64,000 nt of DNA from Octopus sinensis (GCF_006345805.1 NC_043005.1:88226001-88290000), one strand, 5' to 3'. Counted from the first letter of the stretch, positions 39,574 through 53,837 are shown. Made by a program: numbers and translations. Notes: generated by a model from the sequence alone, not told the origin.

Positions 39574-39575
<2 letters not shown>

Positions 39576-39970
39576 CGCATGAGTGGTTGTGTGGTAAGTA
39601 GCTTGCTTACCAACCACATGGTTCCGGGTTCAGTCCCACTGCGTGGAACCTTGGGCAAGTGTATTCTACTATAGCCTCGGGCCGACCAAAGCCTTGTGAG
39701 TGGATTTGGTAGACGGAAACTGAAAGAAGCCCGTTGTATATATGTATATATCTGTGTGTGTTTGTGTGTCTGTGTTTGTCCCTCCGGCATCACTTGACAA
39801 CCGATGCTGGTGTGTTTATGTCCCCGTAACTGAGAGATTCGGCAAAAGAGACCGATAGAATAAGTACAAGGCTTACAAAGAATAAGTTCCGGGGTCGATT
39901 TGCTCGACTAAAGGTGGTGCTCCAGCATGGCCGCAGTCAAATGACTGAAACAACTAAAAGTGTAAAAGAG
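39574..39970 (+). mobile_element. tRNA-derived SINE, family A, full length
   Basis: Highly similar to 3215-3635. Confidence 0.88.
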
Positions 39971-40195
39971 TATATATAAATAGATGTGTGTATTTTTCCC
40001 TTGTTAACAATTAACACGGAAAAAATAGATAAATAGTTACAAGGGTAGCAAAAAATCACACAAGAGGCTGTAACTCCCTGTTTTTAAAGGTAGAAACTTC
40101 GGGTTTACGTGGAATTTCTTGTATAATATATAAATAAATAAATGGAGTTTTTGCTCTCTATATATAAAGAGCACTCAATACTGAATTTATGAAAC

Positions 40196-43100
40196 ATGGA
40201 AAAACAATATCTAGGAATTTCACTTAAAGATATACCAATTCCTTCCAAGGACACATATTTTTGAACATTACTCCAGAAAACAAATGATTTAATTAAAAGA
40301 ATGAGATGGAAAGCATTCTTTTATGACAACAAAGGAAAGATAAATGACCAAAAGAATAATACTTATGGACTGAAATAATATAAAAACCCTCCACATAATC
40401 CACTAGTAATGGACTTTGTAAACGCCATATTACATATGTTAAAATCCGTAAAGTTCTCTCCATTCTATTCCAAATACCAAAAGAATCTTACCACGATAGT
40501 CAACAATATTATAAAATCACTTTACATACACGTTTTCTCTGATAAAACATGAAATTTATATTCTATTACTACTGCTCAATATCAAGAATTTATACATAAA
40601 GAATTATGCAAATCTTATAAAATTACTAATCTAGCAAGTTCAGAAATGATAAATAAAGAATATTCTATAATTATGCGTAACTTAGACGTCGAAGACCGCA
40701 CGGAAATATATACTCCAAATACACCACATTTTAATATGAAAGACCATTAGATTTTAATATTAATCCTACTATTAGACTAATTTGTCCAACTAAATCGGAC
40801 ATCGGAAGGATAAGTAAAAATATTTTAGATAGAATTATACCTGTTTTAAAGAAAAAACTAAATTATAACCTATGGTTCAGTACAGGAGAAGTAATATCCT
40901 GGTTCCATTTATTTCCTAATAAGACAAAATTATCATTTTTGCAATTTGACATCAACAATTATTATGAATCAATATCACCAATTATATTAAATAAAGCTAT
41001 AATTTTAGCCAAAAATCATACTGACATTACAAACTCGGAAATTTATATTATTCTACTAGCTAGGAAAGCACTAATTAAATTCAATGACAAATTATGGTGC
41101 CGATCCGGTAATAATAGTTTATTAAATTTATTTGATACCACAATGGGATCGTCCGATTCGGCACAAATTACTGATCTTGTAGGATTGTATTTATTATATG
41201 AGACTAAATACTACTTCCCATTTTTGATGGGAGGATTATATAGAGATGACGCACTCTTTGTCTATAACGGTAGATCTAAAAGAAAAATAGGGAAAAGGAA
41301 AGAGGAATTACATAAATTTCATAAAAATTTCGGCTTATCTATTACATTTGAAGAAAGTTATTCTAAAGCAAATTTTTTAGACGTAACCTTAGACCTTAAT
41401 AATGCAACCTACTCTCTATTTCATAAACCGAATGAATATCTTAAATACATAAATATTAATTCTAATCATCATAGATCATTACTTAAAAGTATTATAAATA
41501 GTATATCTAATAGAATATCTGACCTATATTATAATGAAGAATTTTTTAATTATCATGCCAATTATTATAATCAAGCTTTAGCTGCTAGCGGATTGAAATA
41601 AAATATTAAATACATAAAGGATACTAAACTAAAAACGTATATAGCACAAATGGAATTAAACAAAAATACATACGATACTAAAACAAGAAATATAGATAAC
41701 CTTAAATATAATAATAATATGAAATTAATAATAAAAAATGAAGAAACTTCCACACATTACAATAAAAAACCTAGAAAAAATAATGATAGGCAAAGAACTA
41801 AATATAATAATAATAAATACTCAATGAAAAATATACAAATCTCAAAACCAATATATAATTGTAATAAACTACCTAATAGGAGTGGAGGGAGAGACATTAT
41901 TTGGTACACACCTCCATTTTCATTAAATGTTAAGGGTCTAGCAAAAAAGTTTTTAAATATAGTTAAAAAACTAGGAATCATAAATATCATCATATATTTA
42001 ATAGATCATCGACTAAAATATCTTTCTCTACAACACCAAACATAGGATCTATTATAGCCTGTTCTAATAAAAGAAAAACTAACAAATATAAAAATAGCCT
42101 TAATAATTATGACAATAGCAATAACAATAGTAATAATAGTGATGGTGATGGCAATGGTGATAAAAATAATAATAGTAATAATAATGATAAGATAAGAACC
42201 AATAATCGAAGTATATGTAATACTCATAATACGGGAATACATAATAAGAATATTAATCTAAAAAAACCTAAGCAAAATTCTAAATACAATACAAGTGAAA
42301 ATATACAAAATGCCTTAGATAATACACCACAATATAATAATAATAATTTAAAAACAATAAATATATCTAATTCTACAACAAATAATAATACAATAAATTC
42401 AACAATAATACCACACACTGAAAATAACCATAACAATAATAGCTACAACATAGCTGAACATAAATACAATAATAAAAATAAGAACTGCTCCTGTGAAGAT
42501 AAAAAAATAGAAGGCAATTGTAGAAGATTTAATGTAATATACAAATGTAGAATTATAATAATTAATAATTCACAAAGTAAGGTATATATAGGTAGTTCCG
42601 GTAATTTTAAGCAAAGATTTTTAGCGCATATACACTCATTTAAGCCAAATACAGACACCAATATGACTTCATTAGCTACTTATATACATAAACTAAAGAA
42701 AAACAAAATTAACTATAAATTGGAATGGTCTATAATAGATTCAGCCATACCATACACGCATAAATCTAATAGTTGCCATATCTGTATGAAAGAATCACTG
42801 TATATATCTATATATATATAAAACTCAACTTGTGTGTCTGTGTATGTATCTGTGTGTGTGTCTGTGTGTTTAACTTCGCGGCACATCTCCTCCTAGCCAA
42901 CAAATCGTATAACCACCAAAAATGGGTCACTTAAAGTTTAGGTGAATGAAAATTGAACTGCGCTATTTCTGTTCCGAAATTCATCTCGCAAGTGCAAAAA
43001 TCGATAATGTGTTTGTTTAGGCCTTATCCCATGCATTGAATAGTGAACTTTACTCAATCAGCTGTTTGACGTGAACTGTGTTCACCACGCGTGCAAGCAT

Positions 43101-43950
43101 GCGTAAATTGCATGAGAAATAAAAAATCAAGATATAAAAACGAATCGCCATAAACATTGTAGAAATTCGGCAAAGAAATGAATTTTCGGGATGTAGCTTG
43201 GAGGGTTTTTTCGTATTAATCTTTTGGACTTTTTGAACACATACCAATTGTTTTCATAACATTTTTAACGCTTTGAATTAAATGTGACCATTTCACGTTG
43301 AGTCTGCAGTTTGAATCACTTTAACCAAATTTTAGCGGGCCAGATTTTTGATCATCACGATGCATCGCCAGCGACTCCCTGAAACTCTCCCCTGAAATCC
43401 CCGTTGAGAAATCTCTATATATAAAACTCAACTTGTGTGTCTGTGTGTTTAACTTTTGGATCTACCAAGTTTCATTATTAAGGATGGAAAGTAGTGTGTA
43501 GCAAATCTATATATATAAAGCTGAAGTTGTCTGTGTGTGGCAGTTTTGGTAGCCTTCAACTAACACTATCTCCTTTGAGACCCTGCAGCGCAAGTTGGCC
43601 AAAATTGAGAGTATGATAGAAAAAGGCTTGCTCTTCATTCTGTAGGAAATAAAATTCAAATCGGACCATGTTAATACCAAAAATTATTTACATCAAAAAG
43701 GTGCTTTTTTTTCTATGAAAATCCCTATGTTCTACGATTTTTGACTGCTGTGTATTTCAACTGGAAAAATGTTCACTTAAAGAGAATAACAAGTTGCATA
43801 ATGCAAAACTTTTACTTTTCTAAAATTCCAATTCTAAAGGGTCGAAACAAACCCAAGCAACACCGGATGATACTGCTAGTTATTATATAAACATAAGAAT
43901 TTAATAAATTGTCAATCGAAAGCACTTTCAACATGTAGGCATCTAGTGAT
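40196..43950 (+). mobile_element. Near full-length Penelope-like element (MRWKA-type, Naiad-like), degraded and interrupted by a Helitron
   Basis: ATG at 40196: MEKQYLGISLKDIPIPS...IKRMRWKAFF. RT: QFDINNYYESI, TMGSSDSAQITDLVG, LYRDDAL, NFLDVTLDL. Asn-rich linker. GIY-YIG: NVIYKC...VYIGSSGNFKQRF..H...LEWSII...CHICMKE. The C-terminus resumes at 43880. Confidence 0.9.
42807..43879 (+). mobile_element. Composite non-autonomous Helitron (5' TC ... CTAG 3', A|T target)
   Basis: Starts a|TCTATATATATATAAAACTC at 42807 and ends ...atactgCTAG|t at 43879. Further TC-TATATATAAA 5' ends at 43412 and 43506. No TSD. Confidence 0.8.
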
Positions 43951-44084
43951 GCACACATACAGACAGACAGCCATACACACATTCTCAGTTTCATATATAT
44001 ATATATATTACATAATTTATGTATAAATATGTATATATATTATATGTATATAGATATATAGATATAAATCATATATATATTTGA

Positions 44085-44428
44085 TAACCACATGGTTCCG
44101 GTTTCTTGGGCAAGTGTCTTCTACCATACCTCCGGGCCGACCAAAGCTGTGTGAGGGAATTTGGCAGACGGAAACTGAAAGAAGCCCGTTGTATATATGT
44201 ATATATGTGTGTATATATGCGTGTGTGTATATTTGTGTGTCTGTGTTTGTACACCCCCCACCATCTTTTGACAACCGACACTGGTGTGTTTACGTCCCCG
44301 TAACTGAATGGCTCGGCAAAGAGACCGATAGAATAAGTACTAGGCTTACAAAGAATAAATTCTGGGGCCGATGTTTTCGACTAAAGGCGATACTCCAGCA
44401 TGGCCGCAGTCAAATGACTGAAAAAAAA
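44085..44428 (+). mobile_element. SINE family A, 5'-degraded
   Basis: Body and tail match 3215-3635. Confidence 0.8.
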
Positions 44429-44432
44429 TTAA

Positions 44433-44482
<50 letters not shown>

Positions 44483-44800
44483 ATACATATCTTGTACACA
44501 GACACATACATATATTCCTTTTTCTTTCTTCTTTAATGTATTTCAGTCATTTGAATAAGGCTATGCTGGAGCACCACCTTTAGTTGTAGAAATCGACGCC
44601 AGAACTTATTTTTTGTAAGACTAGTATTTCTTCTATCGTTGCTTTTGCCGAACTGTTAGTTACGGGGACGTAAACGTACTACCATCGGTCGTCAAGTGAT
44701 GATGGGGACAAATGCATACATTTGACATTATTAGTCTATATATATTCATACATACATATACATGCATACAGATATACATACACACATAAATATTCTATTT

Positions 44801-44884
<84 letters not shown>

Positions 44885-45240
44885 GTATATGAATATAAAC
44901 TAATAATGTCAAAGGGTAATCAGAAATATTTGAAATTTCCATTACCAGTGGCTAAAAGTGTAAAACAATTTAGTCAATAGACTATATATTATTCATATAA
45001 ATACAGTGTACATTTAAACACAGAACAAGCATCCATCACAGGATTCCTTACACGCTAGAGAAGACAGTTAATTTCCAAACCAATATTAGGGATAAAATTT
45101 CGAAAGGAATGAAAAATAAAAGTATTTACCATCTAACACTGGACCAATGATTTCAGACTTTTTTTAGCAAATAAAATAATTTGCTAGGTGAAGTCTTCTT
45201 CAGCAGGTACACCTTAGATAGAATATATATACACGAGGCA

Positions 45241-45387
45241 ATCCAGTATATGCCCCGTACTTATACATTCTAACTTTTCAAATCTACCGCGCAAGCGCGG
45301 CTCCTTGACGGCGGTAAATAAAATGCCGGCTGTTTGCGCGGTAGATTTGAAAAATTAGAATGTATAAGCCCGGGGTATATGCTGGAT
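45241..45387. other. Long imperfect palindrome (56-bp arms, 35-nt spacer)
   Basis: 45261-45296 vs the reverse complement of 45332-45367 match at 34/36; the outer 20 bp match at 16/20. Confidence 0.85.
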
Positions 45388-45420
45388 TTTCTGGAAAATT
45401 TTCGAATGTAATTTATATAC

Positions 45421-45538
<118 letters not shown>

Positions 45539-46069
45539 CATACACCACCAGTGGGCTATCGTGTATAAATAGTCAATAGACAACATATTCATAGTTTAAA
45601 ATAGCGTACATTTAAACACAAAAGAAAACTACCCTTTAAGAGGTATTTTTTACAAGCTAGAAGTAGCAGCCAACACGGCCAAGAGCACGATTTAATAACA
45701 ATTTTTGAAGTAAATGAAAAATAAAAACGTTTATCTTGTTATTTTTATTAGCGGTTATACTATGGTTTCGAATTTCTTTACCAAATAAGATTGTTTGCCA
45801 TACTTTAATAGGTAATTTAGCAAAACAATATTATCCGCCAGGCGAATTCTCGTCAGTAACCGGCCTCAATAACTAACTTATAATTCAGAGACAAGATAAC
45901 ACGTGTCCCATCATTATATGTTATAATTTTTCAAAATTCCGCGCGCAGGCGCATTTACAGTCGGCAATAAATACAATGCCGATCTAAATCTTCGAGAATG
46001 CTAAGAATATATTCATAAGCTACATAAATAGGGTAGCGAATATTCGTTATAAATATCACCACCAGTGAT

Positions 46070-46081
46070 ATTATATATGTG

Positions 46082-46140
<59 letters not shown>

Positions 46141-48400
46141 TGTTTGATATATATATATATATGCATATATATGTATTATATGTATTTATATGTATACAGT
46201 ACGTATATGTATGCATATATATTTATATGTATATGTAAGTGTGTATATATATGTGTGTATTTATATATGTGTATATATATATATACACACATATATATAT
46301 ATATGAGTGTGTGTGTGTATGTGTATATATATGTATATATATATATGCATATATATATATATATATATAGTATGTGTGTATATATATGTGTGCATGTATA
46401 TTTATATGTGTGTGTATATATATATCTCGCCCCACACAACGGTCCTTCACAATCCAGGCTTCACTTGGAGCAACGTTTCATTTTCACTCTACAGACCAAT
46501 ACCCCACACGGACTCAAAACAGCGCCCTTCTCTTAGTGACTGCGCTCCACCTCTCCCCACTAGCAACTCTGTTTTTTTTATATTTTGTCCTTATACAGAA
46601 ACACACACACACACATACTCACGTATCCACGAACACACCTACTTCCAACACACCACACACATACAACCTACATGCACATGTACGCACACATACTCCCACA
46701 CACCCATACACCCCACGCGCACACACACATGCCCGTGCACACACACCAACAAACAATACTCATACAGGTACGCATACTCTTATAAACACCTAGCAGATAC
46801 ACACATACACGCACGTAAGCGCACACACGCACACAAGCACGCGCATGTACATTACGCCCACACAACTCAAACAAAAATCCCCCACACACACATGCATACA
46901 TTCACACACACACACACATACATACTTTCATACATACATACACACACACACATACACACACACATACACATATACAGACACACATACATACATACACACA
47001 TACATACACACATACATACACACATACATACATACACACACACATACACACATACACACATACATACACACACACATACATACACACATACATACATACA
47101 CACATACACACATACACACATACACGCATGCACACATACATACATACACACACATACACGCATGCACACATACATACATACTCACACACACATACATACA
47201 TACATACATACATGCATACACACATACACACACACATACAATAATACATACAGACACACATACATACATGCACACACACATACACACACATACACACACA
47301 TACATACATACATACATACATACATACATACATACATACATACATACATACATACATACATACATACATACATACATACATACATACATACATACATACA
47401 TACATACATGCATATGGTGTTGGCTCTATTGCAGGCGTGCATGTATGTGTGTGCCTGTGGATTCACATACACCCACACCAATTTTTTTTCCATCAATCTT
47501 TCAATTATAAAGTGTGTGCTTGCATACATACATATACACACATATAAACATATAAACACACATATAAACCTCTACCTTTGTACACACACGCATATATATA
47601 CATACATTCACTCGCACGCACGTACACACACACACACACACATTTACATATATATATATATACAATACACGCACGCACATATACACACGTACAAACACAC
47701 ACAAATTCACATACACACCGACACATGTACATACACACAATATATACCTACACGCGCACGCACACATACACATACGTACACACACATACGCACACAAAAA
47801 CATGCGCACACATACGCACGCACACACGCACACACCCAAAACTCACAACCCCACGGATACACGCATATACATCCATATACGCTTACACACACACACATAC
47901 AAACGCACACATACACGCACATACAACTACACGCACATACATACACAAACACACACACACAAATGAACCCACACATACATCCCATACACACGGCACACAA
48001 TTATACATACACGCACAGAATTATACAAACATATATATACATACACACGCACGTACAAGCACACACGCACACATACACTAAGTTAAGCACAGTTACTCGC
48101 CATACACCCAAACTCTACGCATACACACACGAAACACACACATACACACACTACAAACAAAACACACACACGATACATATACATACACGCACACACACAT
48201 ACCTCTTTGTTTTTGACCTATAGCTTAACACAAAAACACCACTCCTTATTCTCACATACTGGCCAGCTACTAGCCAGTTGTTCGCCATACACACATACAC
48301 ACACACACACGCACACACACACACACACGTGTCATCACTGCACACATACACACACACGCGCACACGCAGACCTCCGCGCACGCACACATCCACTTTCACT
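46070..48400. repeat. Very long compound (TA)/(CA)/(TACA) low-complexity array
   Basis: Direct reading; source of the spurious 638-aa His/Thr/Tyr ORF. Confidence 0.9.
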
Positions 48401-48489
48401 TCCTTATCTTTACCATACCGTCTTTGAAAACTCTCCTGTCTTTAAAAAACATTATTCTTCCACCTTTCTACTTCCGGTCTTTCAATATG

Positions 48490-48697
48490 TGACCTCGTGA
48501 GTAACGCCGGTGATTTTTTTCCTCTGTCTTCCCTTCTCGGGATCTGTCCTTCTATGTTTCCGACGAAGAGCTCCGCTCGAAACGTTAAACCCTCCTTCTT
48601 CCCTTCTTTCCTGAGCGTCCAATAATACTTTATTTGTTCCTCGTCCTCGCGTTGTTGTGTTTTTTGTTTGTTTTTTTGTGTTTTCTTGTTTGGATTA

Positions 48698-48702
<5 letters not shown>
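48490..48702 (+). mobile_element. Penelope-type terminal repeat fragment
   Basis: Homologous to 18300-18524; ends in (TA)n. Confidence 0.7.
48556..48590 (+). ncRNA. Minimal type-I hammerhead motif (U4C core variant)
   Basis: GUUU-CCGACGA-a-GAGC-ucc-GCUC-GAAA-CG-UU-AAAC: perfect 4-bp stems I and II, palindromic stem III. Confidence 0.6.
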
Positions 48703-48729
<27 letters not shown>

Positions 48730-49655
48730 ATGTGCGTGTATATATATGTGGATATATGTGTGTGTGTGCATATATATGTGTGGATATATATGTATATATG
48801 TGTGTATGTGTGTATATGTGTGTGTGTGTTGGAAAAACTAAGAAAATGAAAATGCTTAGTGAAAATGCTTATGGCAAAAAGCAAAGAAAATATGAACTGG
48901 TTTCGGCCATTTAAGACGAGCTTTTCCTGCTGGAATAAAATGGAAAGAAAAATTGAAATACATGGAATTTAACTTTCAAAATATCATCACTTTTACAAAG
49001 TGGCCATCACCACCAACTGGCAGCATTCTGAAGGACTCGAAATACAGCACCATGTAGTTTTTTCTAATAAAAAAGATATGAACTTCCAGAAGTGATATTC
49101 TGAAATTTTAATTTAATCTATTTCGAATTTTAATGATTATAATGGCGTCTATTTACTTCTGTCATGTCTGTTTATAAGTAATTTAAATACATATACATAG
49201 ACACATATACATAGATATATAGACACATATACATAGATACATGTTCATAGATACATACGTAGATGTTGGAACAAGTGTATTAAATACAAAAATTACAAAT
49301 AAAAAGCATCCAACCATTGAGGTAGACTGTGTGTCTATATACATTTATGCACTCACACACACGCTCACACTCACACTCACACACACGCTCACACTCACAC
49401 ACACTTTATCTCTTTGTCTGTCTTTTCTTTCCCCCTCTCCACCCAGACAACACCCAATCACAAACCCTAGTCTTTCACTCACATTCCTCCTTTTCTCCCC
49501 CTTACCACCACTTACACTCCTACAGGTACTCTCACTTGCACACCTGATTACGAACGTATGTATGAAAGGAGATAGAGATACTCCCTAACAGAGGCAGACT
49601 CATTTAGAAATTGCTTGAAGCAGACGACACGTTTGTTCTGAGAGGTTTGTTCACC

Positions 49656-49798
49656 ATGGACTACGAAGAAGTGATTGGGACAATTGGAGGATGTGGACTT
49701 TATCAGAAACTGGTGCTAGCTTTTCTCTTCTCTTCAACCATTATGGATGGTTTACAAGTTGGAAGCATGGTTTTTATTGTACCTGACTTAGATTACAA
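49656..49798 (+). CDS. SLC22/Orct-like gene 2, first coding exon (TM1)
   Basis: Kozak-like ttcaccATGG. Encodes MDYEEVIGTIGGCGLYQKLVLAFLFSSTIMDGLQVGSMVFIVPDLDY(K), matching the SLC22 start 'M.FDD.L..VG.FG.FQ'. Donor tacaa|gtaagc (phase 2). Confidence 0.88.
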
Positions 49799-50773
49799 GT
49801 AAGCTTATAATAATGATTTCTTATTATTATTATTATGTAGTTCAGGTAGGTGGTTGAAATGGTTGTGCTTCAAAACAAAAATTCCTTGAGACACTTTTCT
49901 TTTATTGTTTGGGGTTAAAAATCTTTCTCACTCCAACACCCACCATCATCATGGGTGTATGTGTGAATGTGTGTGCGTGCGTGTGTGTTACATGGAAAAA
50001 TGCGAGCAAGAGAAATAATATTCTTAAGATTATAAACTTGGAAAATTACAGGACACTTGGAAAAGTTCAGTACAACTTATTTACATCTGGTAAAGTACAG
50101 AACAAGAAAAGTTTTACTAGAAATATTGCGGCTAAGGATAACATTTCAAATAAAATATTTAGATTTAGAAAATATGAGCTTTTATTAAAATTTAAATTTT
50201 TTTACAAGTTATTACTTCGATTTCTTATTACTTGTTACTTCTAATTAATAATCAGAAATTTGAAAATAGGTTATAAAAAATAATAGTAGTACATAATTAG
50301 TACAGTAACTAGAATAGTAATAATTAGTTATATGTTGCAGTAAATTCTACCTATAGCAACAAATGCAAGTAAAATTTGCTCGAGTTATTGCCTAAGTTAT
50401 TGCCAAGTCTTCACATTTTTAGTCTTGACCCAATCCCTATCTTTTATATAATGAATATATACCTACCATATATACTAGTCTACTTTGCATAAAACTTTAG
50501 TTATATTGGTACTTCTGTTTCTCATATTTTAAGTATTCTAGTGTGTCAATATTTTAACAAAATGATGGTACCTTTTTTAATTATGAAGTTACTTTGTAAA
50601 TTAAAATCAAATAATTTTTAATATTCAAATTTTATACTTAGCTGCAATATTTTAAGTAAAAATGTTCTTATTCTGTACTCTACCAGATGTAATAATCTGC
50701 CCTGAACTTTTCCAAGTGTAATATCTTGTCCTGTACTTTACCAGAATTATAATCTTAAGAATATTATTTCTCT

Positions 50774-50835
<62 letters not shown>

Positions 50836-51169
50836 CCATGTCTGTGTGTCTGTGTCTGTGTTCTACAGTCACTAGACAACTGGTGTTTGTATGTTTACAT
50901 CCTTGTATCTTAGCGGTTCAGCAAAAGGAACTGATAAAATAAGTACCAAGCTTAAAAGAAAAAACTGTAAATACCAGGATTGGTTCATTCCACTAAAAAA
51001 ATCCAAGGTGGTGCCCCAGCATGGCCAGCATCTGATGAGTAAAACAAGGGAAGAAATAAAAGAGAAATCATATCAATGAAATCTGGAAGCTAAAGGATAA
51101 TCCCAGGATTAATTCAAAGCAATGTGAATAAATCTGCATGAGATTTGAGAGAGTAATCTGAATCGACCC

Positions 51170-51455
51170 CAGGACTTATTCTTTCTTAGACTAGTACTTA
51201 TTCTATCGGTAAACACACCAGCACTGGTGGTCAAGCGATGAGGGGGGGGACAAACACCGACACTCAAATACATATATACATATATATGACGGGATTCTTT
51301 CAGTTTCTGTCTACCAAATCAAATCCACTTGCAAAGCTTTGGTCGGTTCGAGGCTATAGTAGAAGGCACTTTCCCAAGGTGCCACGCAGAGGGACTGAAC
51401 CTTGAAACATGTGGTTGGGAAGCAAGCTTCTTACCACACAGCCACTCCTGTGCCT
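51170..51455 (-). mobile_element. SINE family A, partial
   Basis: Reverse complement of the family A head and body. Confidence 0.7.
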
Positions 51456-52619
51456 GTATAATTGAAAAGAATTAGCGTCAACACGAAGGAATACGGCTGG
51501 ACATTTTTTTTTTATCACTACAAGTTCAACTCCGTAATTGAACTTTCGGAGATAATATTTACATATCGCCTGAGGAAGCACAACTAGATCTCATAATGTA
51601 GGGAAATAGTAGCATAATAAATGGCCAATCGTATTCCTTATGCCACGATAATCCACCATATCTACTCTATTAGACCCGAGTTAATCCTTTTGTGACAATA
51701 TTTATAATGCAGTGTTTTTTCTTCTACTTATTTCAGTCATAAGACTGTGGGCATGCTGGGGTACTACCTTGAAGAATCATATGATTCTTTCCCAGTGCTT
51801 ATATGAAACCTGATACTTATTCTATCGGACCCTTTTGCTGAACGGCTATATTACGAGGACTCAAACATTCCAACGCTGGTTGACAAGCGGTGATGCAGGA
51901 CAAACACACACACACACGCACAACACACACACACGCACACATGCATCATTAACCTCTCACTCTTCTACTCTATCTTCCCTCAAATACAAAATATGTATAT
52001 TTGCAAAATGAGAGAAAGCAAAAGGTGGAAGTTTTCATCATATGAATTTTTATGTATAAATGTATAGACATCTATATTACACAGAGTACAAACGACAGAG
52101 AAAATTAAAGATGTGAAAGAAAGGTGTTATAAGTCCAACAGCTGTTTCTGGGGCTTGGAGCTCCATAATAATGCTGGTAGATTTAGTTCATCACAATGTG
52201 CACCCATAATGGATGCAATCTGGGGAATGAAGAGGCCAAATGTTAAGGGTTATGTGATCATGAAAATTTTCAGTCATCCATTCTTGAGCTACTAGAGCCA
52301 TGTGTTATATAGAGTGCAAAGTCTTACTGAAACACATATGGCCTTCCATTGCATGCACTGTCTATCCAGAGCATAACAATTATTTCCAGGATCTCAATGT
52401 AGGCGACAGAGTTAACTCTAAAGCCTTGTGGAAAGAAGTAAGGGGGAATCACATATCCTTCATTGCTGACAACGCCTAAAACCATGACAGTTGCAGGAAA
52501 TTTTGTATGCTTAACATTTGTAACTATCTGTCATTTCTTCTCTTAACTTTTTGATCTTGGTCGAAGTTTTTCTCGTTTGAGAAAAACCAAATCAAATCTG
52601 CTGCAGCTTTAATAACCTT

Positions 52620-52856
52620 TTAGATCTGATGTAGTGACTTTCTTCTGCTTTTTCGGACGAATTTATCTTTCCTCATCATATAAGACTTATATCTGATGTC
52701 TCCGTGGGCAACATTTCTATCTGTTTCTTCTGAAACATGGAGATCTTTCGCAATTGACATTATGGACTTTCTGGGATTGTAAACAATGGTTTGTTGAACT
52801 TGCTGGATAAATTCAGGTGTTCTGATGCTTTTTATGCATTCTAGTTGATCTGGCAA
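52620..52856 (-). mobile_element. Tc1/mariner-superfamily (maT/DD37D-like) transposase N-terminal fragment
   Basis: IRTPEFIQQVQQTIVYNPRKSIMSIAKDLHVSEET.RNVAHGDIRYKSYMMRK is an HTH region characteristic of this group. The catalytic domain is absent. Confidence 0.65.
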
Positions 52857-53057
52857 CTTTTAAAAATCGAGACATTTCTAAATCGCTATGCTCAGGTTTT
52901 TAAATTAATATACACACTTGAAACAGCTTTAGATAATCTGTATAAAATAAAATAAAATAAAATAAAACGTCTGAAAAACAGCTTAAATAAGTTTGGTTTA
53001 AAAGTAGAATAGAAAGATATTTCTTTCATTTTGTTTTTTCTTTCTACAGATAAAGAC

Positions 53058-53088
<31 letters not shown>

Positions 53089-53420
53089 CGATGACGAAAG
53101 ATAGATTGATCGAAATTTTACATATTTGTGTAATGTTTTATAAAATTCTCCTTTAGAAATCTGTTTTAACCATTTTTTAAAAATGTATTTGAGTGGTACT
53201 CATTGTTCCTTACTTTCCTTTCGCCGTCTGAAGATTAGGAATACCACAACATCGACACGTTCGTCTTCTTGGACAATGGATAGAATTTCTTTATTTTAAA
53301 TTCAAATAATTTTTGGTGCTCATTCATTCACTTTGAGTTGAAGAAAGAGAGAAGGCTGTGATTTCAAAATGCTACAGACAACATTGCGTATATATATATA
53401 TATATATACATGTGTGTGTA

Positions 53421-53452
<32 letters not shown>

Positions 53453-53837
53453 TGTGTGTGTGTGTGTGCTTAGATCTTGTGTGGAATATAAATCGTCATC
53501 GTCATCATTTAATGTCCATATTTCCATGCTTAAATGAATCAGGCGGAATTTGCGGCAATAATTTTCTACGGCCAGATGCCCTCACCCGTTTCCAAGCAAG
53601 TTCTTATAGTCAACATCTTCCATGGAAGACTGAATGGAAACAAACAACCCCTCTCGTATGTTGGTGATTCTCATTTACAACCATCATTGATGTCTAGACA
53701 AGGAAACACACATACACACTGCACACGCGCATACACATGCCTACCTACTTACACACCTACCTACATACATACATACATACATATGTTTGTGTAAGTATGT
53801 GTGTGTATTATATACATATACATATATATTCTATTAT

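Noticed and set aside
40255-40270. In-frame TGA in the Naiad-like PLE as a possible selenocysteine codon
   Set aside because: It is not at a cysteine-type position, and the ORF has other stops (e.g. DKT*NLY, explained by CGA to TGA decay) and frameshifts. No SECIS was identified.
46307-48223. 638-aa ORF rich in His/Thr/Tyr
   Set aside because: It is a translation of (CA)/(TACA) microsatellite, which lacks stops in this frame; no domain or splice support.
52130-52195. Hammerhead 3' half on the minus strand (GAAA-CAGCUG-UU-GGAC)
   Set aside because: The upstream GUGAUGA lacks C3 and no convincing stem II or stem I partner exists.
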